Source: Acidimicrobiales bacterium (GTDB lineage Bacteria > Actinomycetota > Acidimicrobiia > Acidimicrobiales > RAAP-2). Taken from it: a stretch of 64,000 bases of DNA. Location of the stretch: NCBI GenBank assembly GCA_036491435.1, contig DASXBZ010000012.1, forward strand, positions 3,819 to 67,818. Direction: 5' to 3'. The notes beneath the pieces are model-generated. The model was not told where the DNA came from. It saw only the letters and a program-made list of their open reading frames with translations, and searched no databases. The position numbers and the translations under genes were made by a program. This document shows, one piece after another, positions 48,764 through 57,734 of the stretch. Position 1 is the stretch's first letter. The number at the start of each line of letters is the position of its first letter.

Positions 48764-49469
48764 CGGACGCGCCCACGACGCCGGCGATCGGCAGCACGCC
48801 GGTCAACTCGGCGACGCGGTGGTCGCCCGGTTCGAGCACCGGCGCGTCCTGGCCGGCACGCTCCTCCGCGCGCCACACGTGGACGGCGGTCATGCCGAGC
48901 CGACGCGGTCCGCGCACGTCGGGCTCCCAGGAGTCGCCGACGAAGAGGGCCTCCGTCGGGTCGATGCCCAGTGCCTGCGTCGCACGGGCGTAGATGCCCG
49001 GATGGGGTTTGCGTGATCCGGCGCGCGCCGAGGTGACGGCTGAGTCGACCAGGTCCAACAGGCCGATCTGGTCGAGGTACGCATCGAGCTCCCAGCCCCA
49101 GTTCGAGCAGACACCGACGGCAATCCCCGCTTGCCGCAGTGAGCGGAGGGTGGCCGCGGCCTCGGGATAGGCGAGCATCGGGCTCCGGTCGAGGTCGCGG
49201 AGCGCGTCGACGACGGCGTCCCTGTGCTCGTCCCTCACGCCGCACGCCCTCGAGAGCTCCCCGAGCCGCCAGCGGACCCAGCCCTCGTAGGCCTCCTCGT
49301 TGACCGAGTGCTCGGCGTGGTCGACGCCGTCGTAGCGCGAGAAATAGCCGTCGAGGACGGAGGGGGCCGGCTCGTAGCCGAACGAGGAGAAGACCGTGGT
49401 GTAGCTGTCCGCCGACTCGGCCCAGTGGGCCAGGGTTCCGTAGAAGTCGAAGATGACGGCCTCGGGCAC
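48756..49469 (-). CDS. HAD-superfamily hydrolase with DxYGT motif I (2-haloacid-dehalogenase-like subtype)
   Basis: VIFDFYGTL, CSNWG, SRKPHPGIY, VGDSWEPDVRG. Confidence 0.75.
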   Translation of the reverse strand: MPEAVIFDFYGTLAHWAESADSYTTVFSSFGYEPAPSVLDGYFSRYDGVDHAEHSVNEEAYEGWVRWRLGELSRACGVRDEHRDAVVDALRDLDRSPMLAYPEAAATLRSLRQAGIAVGVCSNWGWELDAYLDQIGLLDLVDSAVTSARAGSRKPHPGIYARATQALGIDPTEALFVGDSWEPDVRGPRRLGMTAVHVWRAEERAGQDAPVLEPGDHRVAELTGVLPIAGVVGASVS

Positions 49470-49558
49470 GGCGCAATTGTGGCCCAGGGGCGTGACATGG
49501 CCGTTCGGGGTGCTGCGACCCGGGGCCGCCCGCCGGGCGGGTAATACTGCTCAGCGCG

Positions 49559-50206
49559 ATGGACGGCGACGAAGACCAGGGCGACGCCGTCCCTCCGGGG
49601 GACAGCCCGGCGCCCGACGCAGCGCCTGAAGCGGCGCCAGAGCGGAAGTCCAACCGCTGGATCATCGAGCTGGTCGGGGTCGTGGCGGTGGCACTGGTCG
49701 TGGCCCTCCTCCTCCGCACCTACGTCATCGCCACCTACTCCATCCCGTCGGGCTCGATGGAACCGACCCTCCAGGTGGGCGACCGCATCGTCGTGAACAA
49801 GTTGAGCTACCACCTGCACGGAATCGACCGGAGCGACATCATCGTGTTCTCGACGCCTCCCAACGAGGACTGCGCGGGGCCTCCGGTCGCCGACCTCGTC
49901 AAGCGGGTGATCGGCCTGCCCGGAGAGACCATCGCTCTCTCGGGGGGCAACGTGGTTCTCGATGGCAGAGTCCTCCGCGAGCCGTGGCTGCCCGCGTCGG
50001 AACGGGGCCGGACGTATCCGGGTCCCTCGCCGGCGCCCTACTCCCTCCACCACCCGTTCCGCATTCCGGAGGGCGATGTCTACGTGATGGGCGACAACCG
50101 GACCCTTTCGTGTGACAGCCGCTATTGGGGCCCCATCAAGAAGTCCACCATCGTGGGGAAGGTCGACCTGCGGATCTGGCCGCTTTCCCGCTTGGGCATC
50201 TTTTAA
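49559..50206 (+). CDS. lepB: signal peptidase I
   Basis: TM VGVVAVALVVALLL, catalytic IPSGSMEPTL, KRVIGLPGE, GDNRTLSCDSRYWGP. Confidence 0.9.
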   Translation: MDGDEDQGDAVPPGDSPAPDAAPEAAPERKSNRWIIELVGVVAVALVVALLLRTYVIATYSIPSGSMEPTLQVGDRIVVNKLSYHLHGIDRSDIIVFSTPPNEDCAGPPVADLVKRVIGLPGETIALSGGNVVLDGRVLREPWLPASERGRTYPGPSPAPYSLHHPFRIPEGDVYVMGDNRTLSCDSRYWGPIKKSTIVGKVDLRIWPLSRLGIF

Positions 50207-50210
50207 CGAG

Positions 50211-50609
50211 TCAACCTCGTCGCTCGCGTCGCCAGACGACGCGCATGCCCGTCCAGGTCTCGTCGATGGCGCAGACCTTGTTGTCGACCAGGCCGAGTGG
50301 CAACGCCACCTCGCGCAGCGCGCCCTCGTGCATGTCCGTCTCGACTCCCGAGGCGCGTTTGGGCCACGCCACCCAGAGGCCGCCGGCTGGGAAGATCATC
50401 TTGGCCAACGACCCGATGCGGCGTTCGAAATCCTTGCGACGGGTGAAGAACGCGACGACGACGTCCGCCGTGCCTCGGGCCTGGCGCTTGACCGTGACGC
50501 CGGACGGTAATCCGCCGACGACGCCGGGCGGCGCGTCGATCAACGCAACCGACGAGCCCTCTGCGATGCCGAGCTTCTTGGGCAGCGGCGTGCCGCTGTA
50601 ACCGGCCAC
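50211..50609 (-). CDS. DUF3052-like conserved hypothetical protein
   Basis: GYSGTPLPKKLGI...GGLWVAWPKRASGV matches my recollection of DUF3052. 132 aa. Confidence 0.65.
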   Translation of the reverse strand: MAGYSGTPLPKKLGIAEGSSVALIDAPPGVVGGLPSGVTVKRQARGTADVVVAFFTRRKDFERRIGSLAKMIFPAGGLWVAWPKRASGVETDMHEGALREVALPLGLVDNKVCAIDETWTGMRVVWRRERRG

Positions 50610-50614
50610 CCTTG

Positions 50615-51424
50615 CTACGAGGCCCGCGCCTCGTAGACCATGAACGCCAAGGGGTACTCGTAGACGTCCCCGCCGACGGCGAACTGGGCGACGTGCGCAT
50701 CGACGAGCGCCTTCGCCTCGGCCTCGTCCTCGGGAGCCACGCCCATGAACGAGTGGAGGGAGTGATCGACGACGGCGCTGGCCGGTGCCCGCACGCTCGT
50801 CTCGTGTGCCGTGCTGCTGACGTCGACGTAGCCCGCCGCTTCGAGCAACTCACGGACGTACTCGTCGTCACCGAACGCAAACGGCCCGACCGGGCTCTTC
50901 CCCGGTTCGGGGGTCCGCGGCGGCGGGAGCAGCTTGCGCAGCGTCGGGCCGGTATGCCACGGATTGTGCTCGACGCCTTGCCAGCTCACGAACACGAAGC
51001 GTCCGCTCGGGACCAAACCGCCACGGATTCGGGCGAACGCCGCGGTGGGCTCGTCGAAGAACATCACGCCGAACTGGCTGACCGCGAGGTCGAACGGTGG
51101 CCCTTCCAGGCCGCTGACCTGGACATCTGCCTCCACAAAGCGGACGTTGGGCACCCCGGCGTCCGCGGCGCGTCGACGGGCCAGTTCGAGCAACGAGGCC
51201 GACAGGTCGAACCCGACCGCCTCGCCGTCGGGCGCGACCAGTCCGGCCAGCGTGATGGTCAGGCCGCCACCGCCGCAGCCGATGTCGCAGACCTGCTGGC
51301 CCGACTGCACGCCGGCGGCGTCGAGCAGATACGGGGTCACCGCATCGGTCAACCGTTCGCGCTGTGGCCAGGCGGCCGTCCAACGCTCGTCGTTCCACCG
51401 CCGGAGCTCTGCTTCGTTGGCCAC
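50615..51424 (-). CDS. class I SAM-dependent methyltransferase
   Basis: Motif I VCDIGCGGGGLT, with post-I and motif II regions. GTG 51424 chosen (the 450-aa ORF is a spurious extension). Confidence 0.8.
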   Translation of the reverse strand: MANEAELRRWNDERWTAAWPQRERLTDAVTPYLLDAAGVQSGQQVCDIGCGGGGLTITLAGLVAPDGEAVGFDLSASLLELARRRAADAGVPNVRFVEADVQVSGLEGPPFDLAVSQFGVMFFDEPTAAFARIRGGLVPSGRFVFVSWQGVEHNPWHTGPTLRKLLPPPRTPEPGKSPVGPFAFGDDEYVRELLEAAGYVDVSSTAHETSVRAPASAVVDHSLHSFMGVAPEDEAEAKALVDAHVAQFAVGGDVYEYPLAFMVYEARAS

Positions 51425-51511
51425 GGCGACAACGTACAGCGCAGACGCCCGGAACCCCGAAGCGCGCGCATCACCCGCACCCGCCGGACCGGTCCGATTA
51501 GCGTCGTCGCC

Positions 51512-52396
51512 GTGCGGATCGGCCTCGTGATCCTCCCCACCGACCCCTGGCAGACCGCGCGCCGCCAATGGCAGTGGGCGGACGACGCCGGCTTCGCCAC
51601 GACGTGGACCTATGACCACATCCGCTGGGGCGGCATGCCCGACGGCCCTTGGTACGGGACCGCCATTCCGGTCCTCGCGGCCGCCGCAGCGGTCACCAGC
51701 CAGAGCCGCCTCGGCACCCTGGTCGCCACGCCGAACTTCCGCCATCCGGTGACCCTCGCGCGGGATGCCCTGACGCTCGACGACCTCAGCAACGGCCGCC
51801 TCGACCTCGGGCTCGGGCCGGGCAGCCAGGGACTCGACGCCACGGCAGTCGGCCAAGAGCCGTGGACACCGTCGGAGCGCCTCTCCCACTTCGAAGAGTT
51901 CTTGCAGGTCCTCACCCCGATGATCGAGGGCGCGCCCGACACCCGCACCACGCTCCGCACCGCGCACTACGCGGCGGTCGAAGCGCCGAGCACACCGGGC
52001 AGCGTGCAGCAGCCGCTACCGCTCACGATCGCGGCCGGCGGCAACAGAGGGCTGAAACTCGCCGCCCGCTACGGGCGCAACTGGGTCACGGTCGGACCGA
52101 CCAGCGGGGTACCCCACACACCCGAAACGGTGCTCGGGGCAGCCCGGCACCAAGTCCCGCTCCTGGAGGCCGCCTGCGAAGCCGTCGGCCGCGACCCGAC
52201 GACCATCGGCCGGGTCCTGCTCTGGATGCCCTACGAGCCCCTGATCACCTCAGCCGACCAGTTCGAAGAGCTCGCGGCGCCCTATCTCGAGCTCGGCTTC
52301 GACCAGTTCGTCCTGCACCACCCCGACCAGACGGGACCGTTCGGCGGCGACGTCAAAGCGTTCGAGGAGATCGCCGCCCGTCACGCGACACCCTGA
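51512..52396 (+). CDS. LLM-class (luciferase-like) F420-dependent oxidoreductase
   Basis: GLVILPTDPW, LGTLVATPNFRHP, RLDLGLGPG. GTG 51512 chosen (the 594-aa ORF was trimmed). Confidence 0.8.
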   Translation: MRIGLVILPTDPWQTARRQWQWADDAGFATTWTYDHIRWGGMPDGPWYGTAIPVLAAAAAVTSQSRLGTLVATPNFRHPVTLARDALTLDDLSNGRLDLGLGPGSQGLDATAVGQEPWTPSERLSHFEEFLQVLTPMIEGAPDTRTTLRTAHYAAVEAPSTPGSVQQPLPLTIAAGGNRGLKLAARYGRNWVTVGPTSGVPHTPETVLGAARHQVPLLEAACEAVGRDPTTIGRVLLWMPYEPLITSADQFEELAAPYLELGFDQFVLHHPDQTGPFGGDVKAFEEIAARHATP

Positions 52397-52425
52397 AGAG
52401 AGTGCGCGGCGGGAGACGCAACGTT

Positions 52426-54012
52426 TCACCCACCCGCCGTCGCGGGCGGCGTGGTCGTGCACCCCACACAGGGGCCCATGCCGGTGAAGTACGAAGGAAT
52501 GGACGCTGAGTCCGTCGGCGGATTCGTCGGCAGGAGCACCGGTGGCCGGGGCGCCTGGGTGAAATCGAAGTCGTTGGCCAGGTTGCCCAGGATCGTCACG
52601 TCCTCGCGCACGGTGGGCCGCGGGTCCGGTCGGAAGTCGGTCGTCGGGTTGAGACGGGCGCCACCGAGGAAGTCGTCCTCGATGAACTTGAGGTACGCGT
52701 CGCTGCTCAGCGTCTGGTGGTCGACATAGCCGGACTTGGCGTAGGGCGAGATCACAATGCCCGGCACCCGTAGGCCGTAGCCGTTCTCGTCGACCGTCGG
52801 GGGCTGCACGTGGTCGTAGAAGCCACCCCAGTCGTCCCATTGCACGAAGATGGCCGTCGAGTCCCAGTCGGGGCTCTTCATCGCCGCGTTGATGATGGCG
52901 GTGACGTACGCCTGGCCCCGGTGGACGCTGGCCGGCGGGTGCTCGCTGTCGGCCTGCGAGGGAGTGACCCACGACACCGCCGGCAGGTCCCCGGCCTTGG
53001 CCGCTGCGAAGTAGTCGTCCAACGGCTGGATGTTGCGGATCTGGTGGTCCTTCTGCACGTCCTCGAAGATCGGCAACGGGTTCCAGATCCCCGGCGTCAG
53101 GTAGTTCTGCTTCACCGGCGGGCAGGCCACGTCGCCGTCGTTCGCGCAGTCGGGTTGGGTCCCGGTCTGGACGTAGTAGGCCCACGGGACGTGATGGTTG
53201 TAGAGCAACCAGGTGATGTCCGTCCATGCGTCGGTGACGTCGGCTGTGCCCGTCTTGAGCGCCTGGTCCACGTACTGCTGCATCTGCGCGGGCGTGTAGG
53301 GGCCGCGGATCTCGTTCTTGCAGCTCGACGGGTCCGGGTTCGAGCAGATCGCCGACCAGCCCGACACGAGGTAGAGGTGATCGGGCAACGACCACGAGCG
53401 CACGGGCTCGAACATATGGTCGTCGAGGACGAAGTCCTTGGCGTAGCTCCAATAGTTCGGGATCTCCGCCGACGTGTGGTACCCCATCACGTCAGGAGTC
53501 GCGCCGTTCGCGCACTGCGGGTTGTCGACGGTGCTCGTGCCGGCCCCGCACCCCTTCTTGTCACCGGTGGCGGCCGTCACGAACCCGTTCATCTGGCCTC
53601 CGTTGACGTCCTTCTTATCGGCCGGCACGTTGTGAGGACCACCGCCGTTGACGTCGGCCTTGTCGTGATAGGGCGCCTGGCATCCGCCGCCCGGTACGGA
53701 GGAGCAGACCGTGGGCACACCGTTGTGCATGGGGATCCCGTCCGCACCCGGATACGTCCCGAAGTAGCTGTCGAAGGAACGGTTCTCCTGCTCGATGATG
53801 ATCACGTGCTTGATCTTGTGGATCCCTTCAGCGACGAGGTAGTGGCCGGTTGCTCCTCCGCTGACGCGCTGGCCCTGCGGGGCCGGCGGCGGCGAGGTCC
53901 TGCTGCCGCACCCCGCCAGGGCCAGCGAGAGCACGGCGGTACCCAGCACAACGGGGACGATCACTCGGCGTCGCCATCTCCTGGAGGCCGTCGACCTCAG
54001 GCTTGTGTGCAC
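52426..54012 (-). CDS. phosphoesterase-family protein (non-haemolytic phospholipase C/acid phosphatase type), Tat-lipoprotein-like leader
   Basis: IIIEQENRSFDSYFGTYPG. Leader SRRWRRRVIV...LALAGCGS (twin-Arg plus lipobox). AAGGAG RBS before GTG 54012. Confidence 0.85.
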   Translation of the reverse strand: MHTSLRSTASRRWRRRVIVPVVLGTAVLSLALAGCGSRTSPPPAPQGQRVSGGATGHYLVAEGIHKIKHVIIIEQENRSFDSYFGTYPGADGIPMHNGVPTVCSSVPGGGCQAPYHDKADVNGGGPHNVPADKKDVNGGQMNGFVTAATGDKKGCGAGTSTVDNPQCANGATPDVMGYHTSAEIPNYWSYAKDFVLDDHMFEPVRSWSLPDHLYLVSGWSAICSNPDPSSCKNEIRGPYTPAQMQQYVDQALKTGTADVTDAWTDITWLLYNHHVPWAYYVQTGTQPDCANDGDVACPPVKQNYLTPGIWNPLPIFEDVQKDHQIRNIQPLDDYFAAAKAGDLPAVSWVTPSQADSEHPPASVHRGQAYVTAIINAAMKSPDWDSTAIFVQWDDWGGFYDHVQPPTVDENGYGLRVPGIVISPYAKSGYVDHQTLSSDAYLKFIEDDFLGGARLNPTTDFRPDPRPTVREDVTILGNLANDFDFTQAPRPPVLLPTNPPTDSASIPSYFTGMGPCVGCTTTPPATAGG

Positions 54013-54172
54013 TCGGGAATTCTCCTTCGTCGGACTCTGAGCCTTGCCCCTGGGCCGCTCACCGATCGTGCAGCCGCCAGCTCCTCAGCAGAAGGCATTT
54101 GAACAGACAGGTGTGAGGAATGTGTGGGGCTCTGGTGCGGCTTGTCTTCACCCGCCCCACCCTCGGTCGACG

Positions 54173-55384
54173 TCACCTCCGTATGCCGAGCAGGCCCACC
54201 AACTCCCGGCGCGCCGCCTCAGGCTCGACCCGTCCGAGGGAGACGCTCGTACATCCGACCCACGAGGCGGCCTGGAGCGTCGCCCGCGCCACATGCTCCA
54301 ACGCCTTCGCCTTCTGCTTCGTCTTCGTCAACGCCGTCGACTTGGACTCGACGTCCAGCACCGTGACCTGTTTCGCCACGAAGACATCGCCTTCCCGGCC
54401 CGGGTCCACCAACCCGACCAACCGAGTGCCACCCAGCACGGGCATGGCGAAGTAACCGAACTGGCGCTTCTCCTTGGGCGTATAGGCCTCTAACCGGTGT
54501 CGCACACCGAAGAGGCGTTCGACCCGTTCTCGATACCAGATGAGCGAGTCGAAGGGTGAGAGCAACACGCTCCGGCCCGAGGCGCGTGCACCCAACGCAC
54601 CCAGGGCGACCGGATCCGCGTACGCCTGCCGGTCCCACCCCGCGACCGACACCTCGGTCAGCGCGCTCGAGTCCAGCGCCGCCCGAACGAGCGGGCGCGG
54701 CAGCCCGTGATAGGTGGCGATGTCGGCCTCCGTGCCGACACCCAGCGCGCGCCCGGCGGCGGCCACCAGGTACCGGGCGCACGCTTCGTCGCTCCAGTCC
54801 TGCCCGCGCAGGTCGTCCGGGATCGCCCGTTCCGCCAGGTCGTAGACCCGCTGGAAGCCCCGCCGCTCGCGGCAGACCACCTCTCCGATGTCCAGCAGCC
54901 ACTCGGCCGCGATCTTCGTCTCGGACCAGTCCCACCATGGGCCGCCCTTCTTGGCACCGCCCAATTGGTTCGCCGTGAGAGGGCCCTCAGACCGCAGCCG
55001 GGCCAGGACCTCGTCGGTTGCGCTTCCCCGGCTCTCGACGGAGTGCCAGCGCTTGCCCCTCGCCAGCCAGTGCCTGCGCTTGAACGCGTAGGCCGGCCAG
55101 TCCTCGAGCGGGACGACGCAGGCGGCGTGGGACCAGTACTCGAAGGTAGCGCTCCCCTTTCCCCAATACGCCCGCTCGATCCGGCTCCGGCCGATGGCGC
55201 CGAGCCGTGCATAGGCCACGAGCTCGTGGGACCGGGCCAACACCGAGATCGTGTCCAACTGCACCGCCCCCAGCCGGCGCAGCAGGGCGGGCACGCCACC
55301 ACCCGAGGGCCGGGGCCCGCGCAGCCCCTGCGCGCTCAGCGCGACTCGCCGCGCCTCCTCGATGCTCAGCGAGTCTGCCCCCAT
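54173..55384 (-). CDS. winged-helix DNA glycosylase-like protein (YcaQ/AlkZ, DUF1006 family)
   Basis: LSIEEARRVALSAQGL..., QLDTISVLARSHELV, FGYFAMPVL pattern as I recall for the YcaQ family. Confidence 0.75.
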   Translation of the reverse strand: MGADSLSIEEARRVALSAQGLRGPRPSGGGVPALLRRLGAVQLDTISVLARSHELVAYARLGAIGRSRIERAYWGKGSATFEYWSHAACVVPLEDWPAYAFKRRHWLARGKRWHSVESRGSATDEVLARLRSEGPLTANQLGGAKKGGPWWDWSETKIAAEWLLDIGEVVCRERRGFQRVYDLAERAIPDDLRGQDWSDEACARYLVAAAGRALGVGTEADIATYHGLPRPLVRAALDSSALTEVSVAGWDRQAYADPVALGALGARASGRSVLLSPFDSLIWYRERVERLFGVRHRLEAYTPKEKRQFGYFAMPVLGGTRLVGLVDPGREGDVFVAKQVTVLDVESKSTALTKTKQKAKALEHVARATLQAASWVGCTSVSLGRVEPEAARRELVGLLGIRR

Positions 55385-55479
55385 TCCCGGGGCAATCTAC
55401 CGACCAGCTGCTCACGATTCTTCTGGACAACTCGCCTCGCGTCACCGCCCACGCCCCGCCCGAGGCCCTGCGAGAGCCG

Positions 55480-56610
55480 TCAGTCCAACAGCGCCGCCGC
55501 CACCGAGTCCTCGAGCACCCTGTCGTTGGCCCACATCAGCTGCTGCACCTTGGCCCGCCTGAAGTACAGCTGGATGTCGAAGTCCAGCGTGAACCCGATA
55601 CCACCGAAGATCTGCTGGGCCATCGCGGTGATGTCCCGGAACGTGGAGCAGGCGAACAGCTTCGCCATCGGTGCCAATGACGACAGGGACCGCCCGGTTG
55701 CCCCCGCCCAGGCCGCTTCGTGCACCAACTGCTCCGCCCCGTCCAACGCGGTGACGGCGTCGGCGAGATAGTGCGCCAACGCCTGGAACGCGCCCAGCGG
55801 CTTGTTGAACTGCTGGCGGTCCTTCGCGTACTGCGTGGTGATATCCAGTGCGTACCGCGCCCCGCCCACCGCCTGTGCGGCCAACAGCACCAGCGCAGGC
55901 TCGAGGACGCTCTGCCAGGTGTCCCAACCACTCCGCGGAGCACCGATGCGGTCAGCCTCGGTGAGGGCGACGTCGGAGAAGGCGACCTCGTACTGCGTGT
56001 CGGAGGCGAGACTGAACTGTTGGCGCAAGGTCACGCCAGGCGACGAAGGGTCGACGACAAAGAGGTCGACGTCTTCGTCCGCGTCGCCGGTCCGGGCGAG
56101 CACGACTAGCCGGTCCGCCGACGAGGCGAACGCCACGTGGCGCTTGAGTCCTGACAGCGAGAACCCGCCCGACCCGGAGGCCGTCGCCCGGACCTCGACT
56201 CCACGGGCAGTGAACCCGTTCTCCGGCTCCAACCACGCTGGCGTCAACACGGCGTCGCCCGTCGCAACCGGGCGCAGCCAACGGTCCTTCTGCTCGGCGC
56301 TCCCCGCCGCGGCCAAGACGCCGCCACTCACGACAGCGCTCACGAAATGCGGCACCGGCGCCAGCGCCCGTCCGAGCTCCTCGTACAACGCCACGCCCTC
56401 GATCAACGACATCCCCGACCCGCCGTACTCCTCGGGCAACAACAGCCCGATGAGGTCGAGCTGACCCAGCTGCGACCACAGCTCGGGCGGATAGCCCACC
56501 GGGTCGTCCTCCATGGAACGCACGACGTCCAACGGACAGTGCCGCTCCAGGACGTCGCGCACCGTCTGGCGGAGGAGCTCCTGCTCCTGGTCGAATTCAA
56601 GATCGAGCAC
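55480..56610 (-). CDS. acyl-CoA dehydrogenase-family protein
   Basis: N-terminal alpha, middle beta and C-terminal alpha domain pattern. Contains YAKDRQQFNKPLGAFQAL. Lacks an MCAD-type C-terminal YEG Glu. Confidence 0.85.
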   Translation of the reverse strand: MLDLEFDQEQELLRQTVRDVLERHCPLDVVRSMEDDPVGYPPELWSQLGQLDLIGLLLPEEYGGSGMSLIEGVALYEELGRALAPVPHFVSAVVSGGVLAAAGSAEQKDRWLRPVATGDAVLTPAWLEPENGFTARGVEVRATASGSGGFSLSGLKRHVAFASSADRLVVLARTGDADEDVDLFVVDPSSPGVTLRQQFSLASDTQYEVAFSDVALTEADRIGAPRSGWDTWQSVLEPALVLLAAQAVGGARYALDITTQYAKDRQQFNKPLGAFQALAHYLADAVTALDGAEQLVHEAAWAGATGRSLSSLAPMAKLFACSTFRDITAMAQQIFGGIGFTLDFDIQLYFRRAKVQQLMWANDRVLEDSVAAALLD

Positions 56611-56655
56611 GCCGCATTCCCTTCATGTTCACGAACCAACCAAGACCGAGCCGCG

Positions 56656-57159
56656 TCACGACGCCGGCGGCGCCGGCCGCCAGTCGTCCCCCCGCCGCTC
56701 CCACGGGTTGTCGGACGCGTCGACCGGCAGCGCCACCCGCGCCGTGCAGGTCGTCTTCACGTCGCCGTCCACCGACAACGACACGTCGATCGTGACGAAC
56801 CCGCAGCCGACCGGATCAACGGACAACTCAGTGACAACACCCGACAACGTCATGGTGTCCCCGGGGAACACCGACCCCTTCATCCGGAAGCGGACCCACC
56901 CCAAACGCCCGTAGGGGCCAGTCCAATCCGTCAAGAAACGCTCGAACCACGCGGCCTGGTTAGGGGTGTTCAAGAAGATGTCCTGCGTCCCGTTGCGATG
57001 CACGGCAAAGTCCTTGTCATGGTGCATGGGACGCCAGTCGCGGGTGGCCAAAGCCCCCAGGACGACCGTGGTCGCCGAGACTGTGTAATTAAGAGGACTC
57101 AGAGCTTCCCCAACGGACACATCCCCCAACAGGCGTTGGGGCGACACCGCCACCGTCAC
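56656..57159 (-). CDS. MaoC-like (R)-specific enoyl-CoA hydratase subunit
   Basis: Hydratase-2-like motif ATRDWRPMHHD. Hot-dog fold length (167 aa). 4-nt overlap with the upstream gene. Confidence 0.8.
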   Translation of the reverse strand: MTVAVSPQRLLGDVSVGEALSPLNYTVSATTVVLGALATRDWRPMHHDKDFAVHRNGTQDIFLNTPNQAAWFERFLTDWTGPYGRLGWVRFRMKGSVFPGDTMTLSGVVTELSVDPVGCGFVTIDVSLSVDGDVKTTCTARVALPVDASDNPWERRGDDWRPAPPAS

Positions 57160-57734
57160 GACGCCACCGCCCGGGACGCTCCGGACCCCTCGGACGCCCC
57201 GGAGCCCCCGGACCGCCGGTACCCAAACCCCGTATACGACTCCAGCGCCACGAGATCCCCGTCCTGGTTCGTGTAGACGACGTCGATCACCCAGAACCGC
57301 CCGGTACCCAACTTGGTCGTCTTCTCACCGCTCACCGATCGCAGCACCTGATGCGTCCGCAGCACGTCGCCCACCCGCACTGGCGTATGGAACTCGATCG
57401 TGTTGTCGGTCATCACGGCCTCGGGCAGCCCGAGATGCTCCTTCAGGTCGAAGTGCACCTGCAGCGGCAGCGCCTGCTCGGCGCGCCCCGGCGCCCAGTG
57501 GTGCGGGCGGAACCACACCGACACCATGGTGGGCGGCGCCACCGGCCCCCTGGTGATCGACTCCGCCACCGAGTCGTCCCAGAACAACGGGTTCCCGTTC
57601 TCCACCGAGGCGCACGACGTCCAGATGTAGCCACGCTCGACCGGGAACTCCCCGACCTCGTGGTACTGCTCCATTCCGATGACGTCGCGCACCGCGGCCG
57701 GCAGATCGGCGGCGGACGAGTCGGTCGCCGTCAC
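57156..57734 (-). CDS. MaoC N-terminal-type (HadA/ChsH1-like) hot-dog subunit
   Basis: GYIWTSCASVENGNPLFWDD...RFWVIDVVYTNQDG. GTG 57734 overlaps the upstream stop (GTGA). Confidence 0.75.
   Translation of the reverse strand: MTATDSSAADLPAAVRDVIGMEQYHEVGEFPVERGYIWTSCASVENGNPLFWDDSVAESITRGPVAPPTMVSVWFRPHHWAPGRAEQALPLQVHFDLKEHLGLPEAVMTDNTIEFHTPVRVGDVLRTHQVLRSVSGEKTTKLGTGRFWVIDVVYTNQDGDLVALESYTGFGYRRSGGSGASEGSGASRAVAS

Noticed and set aside
50612-52396. Mutually antisense 594-aa (+) and 450-aa (-) ORFs
   Set aside because: Only the 3' parts carry motifs (LLM and SAM-methyltransferase). Both were trimmed, to GTG 51512 and GTG 51424, giving a normal 87-nt divergent spacer.
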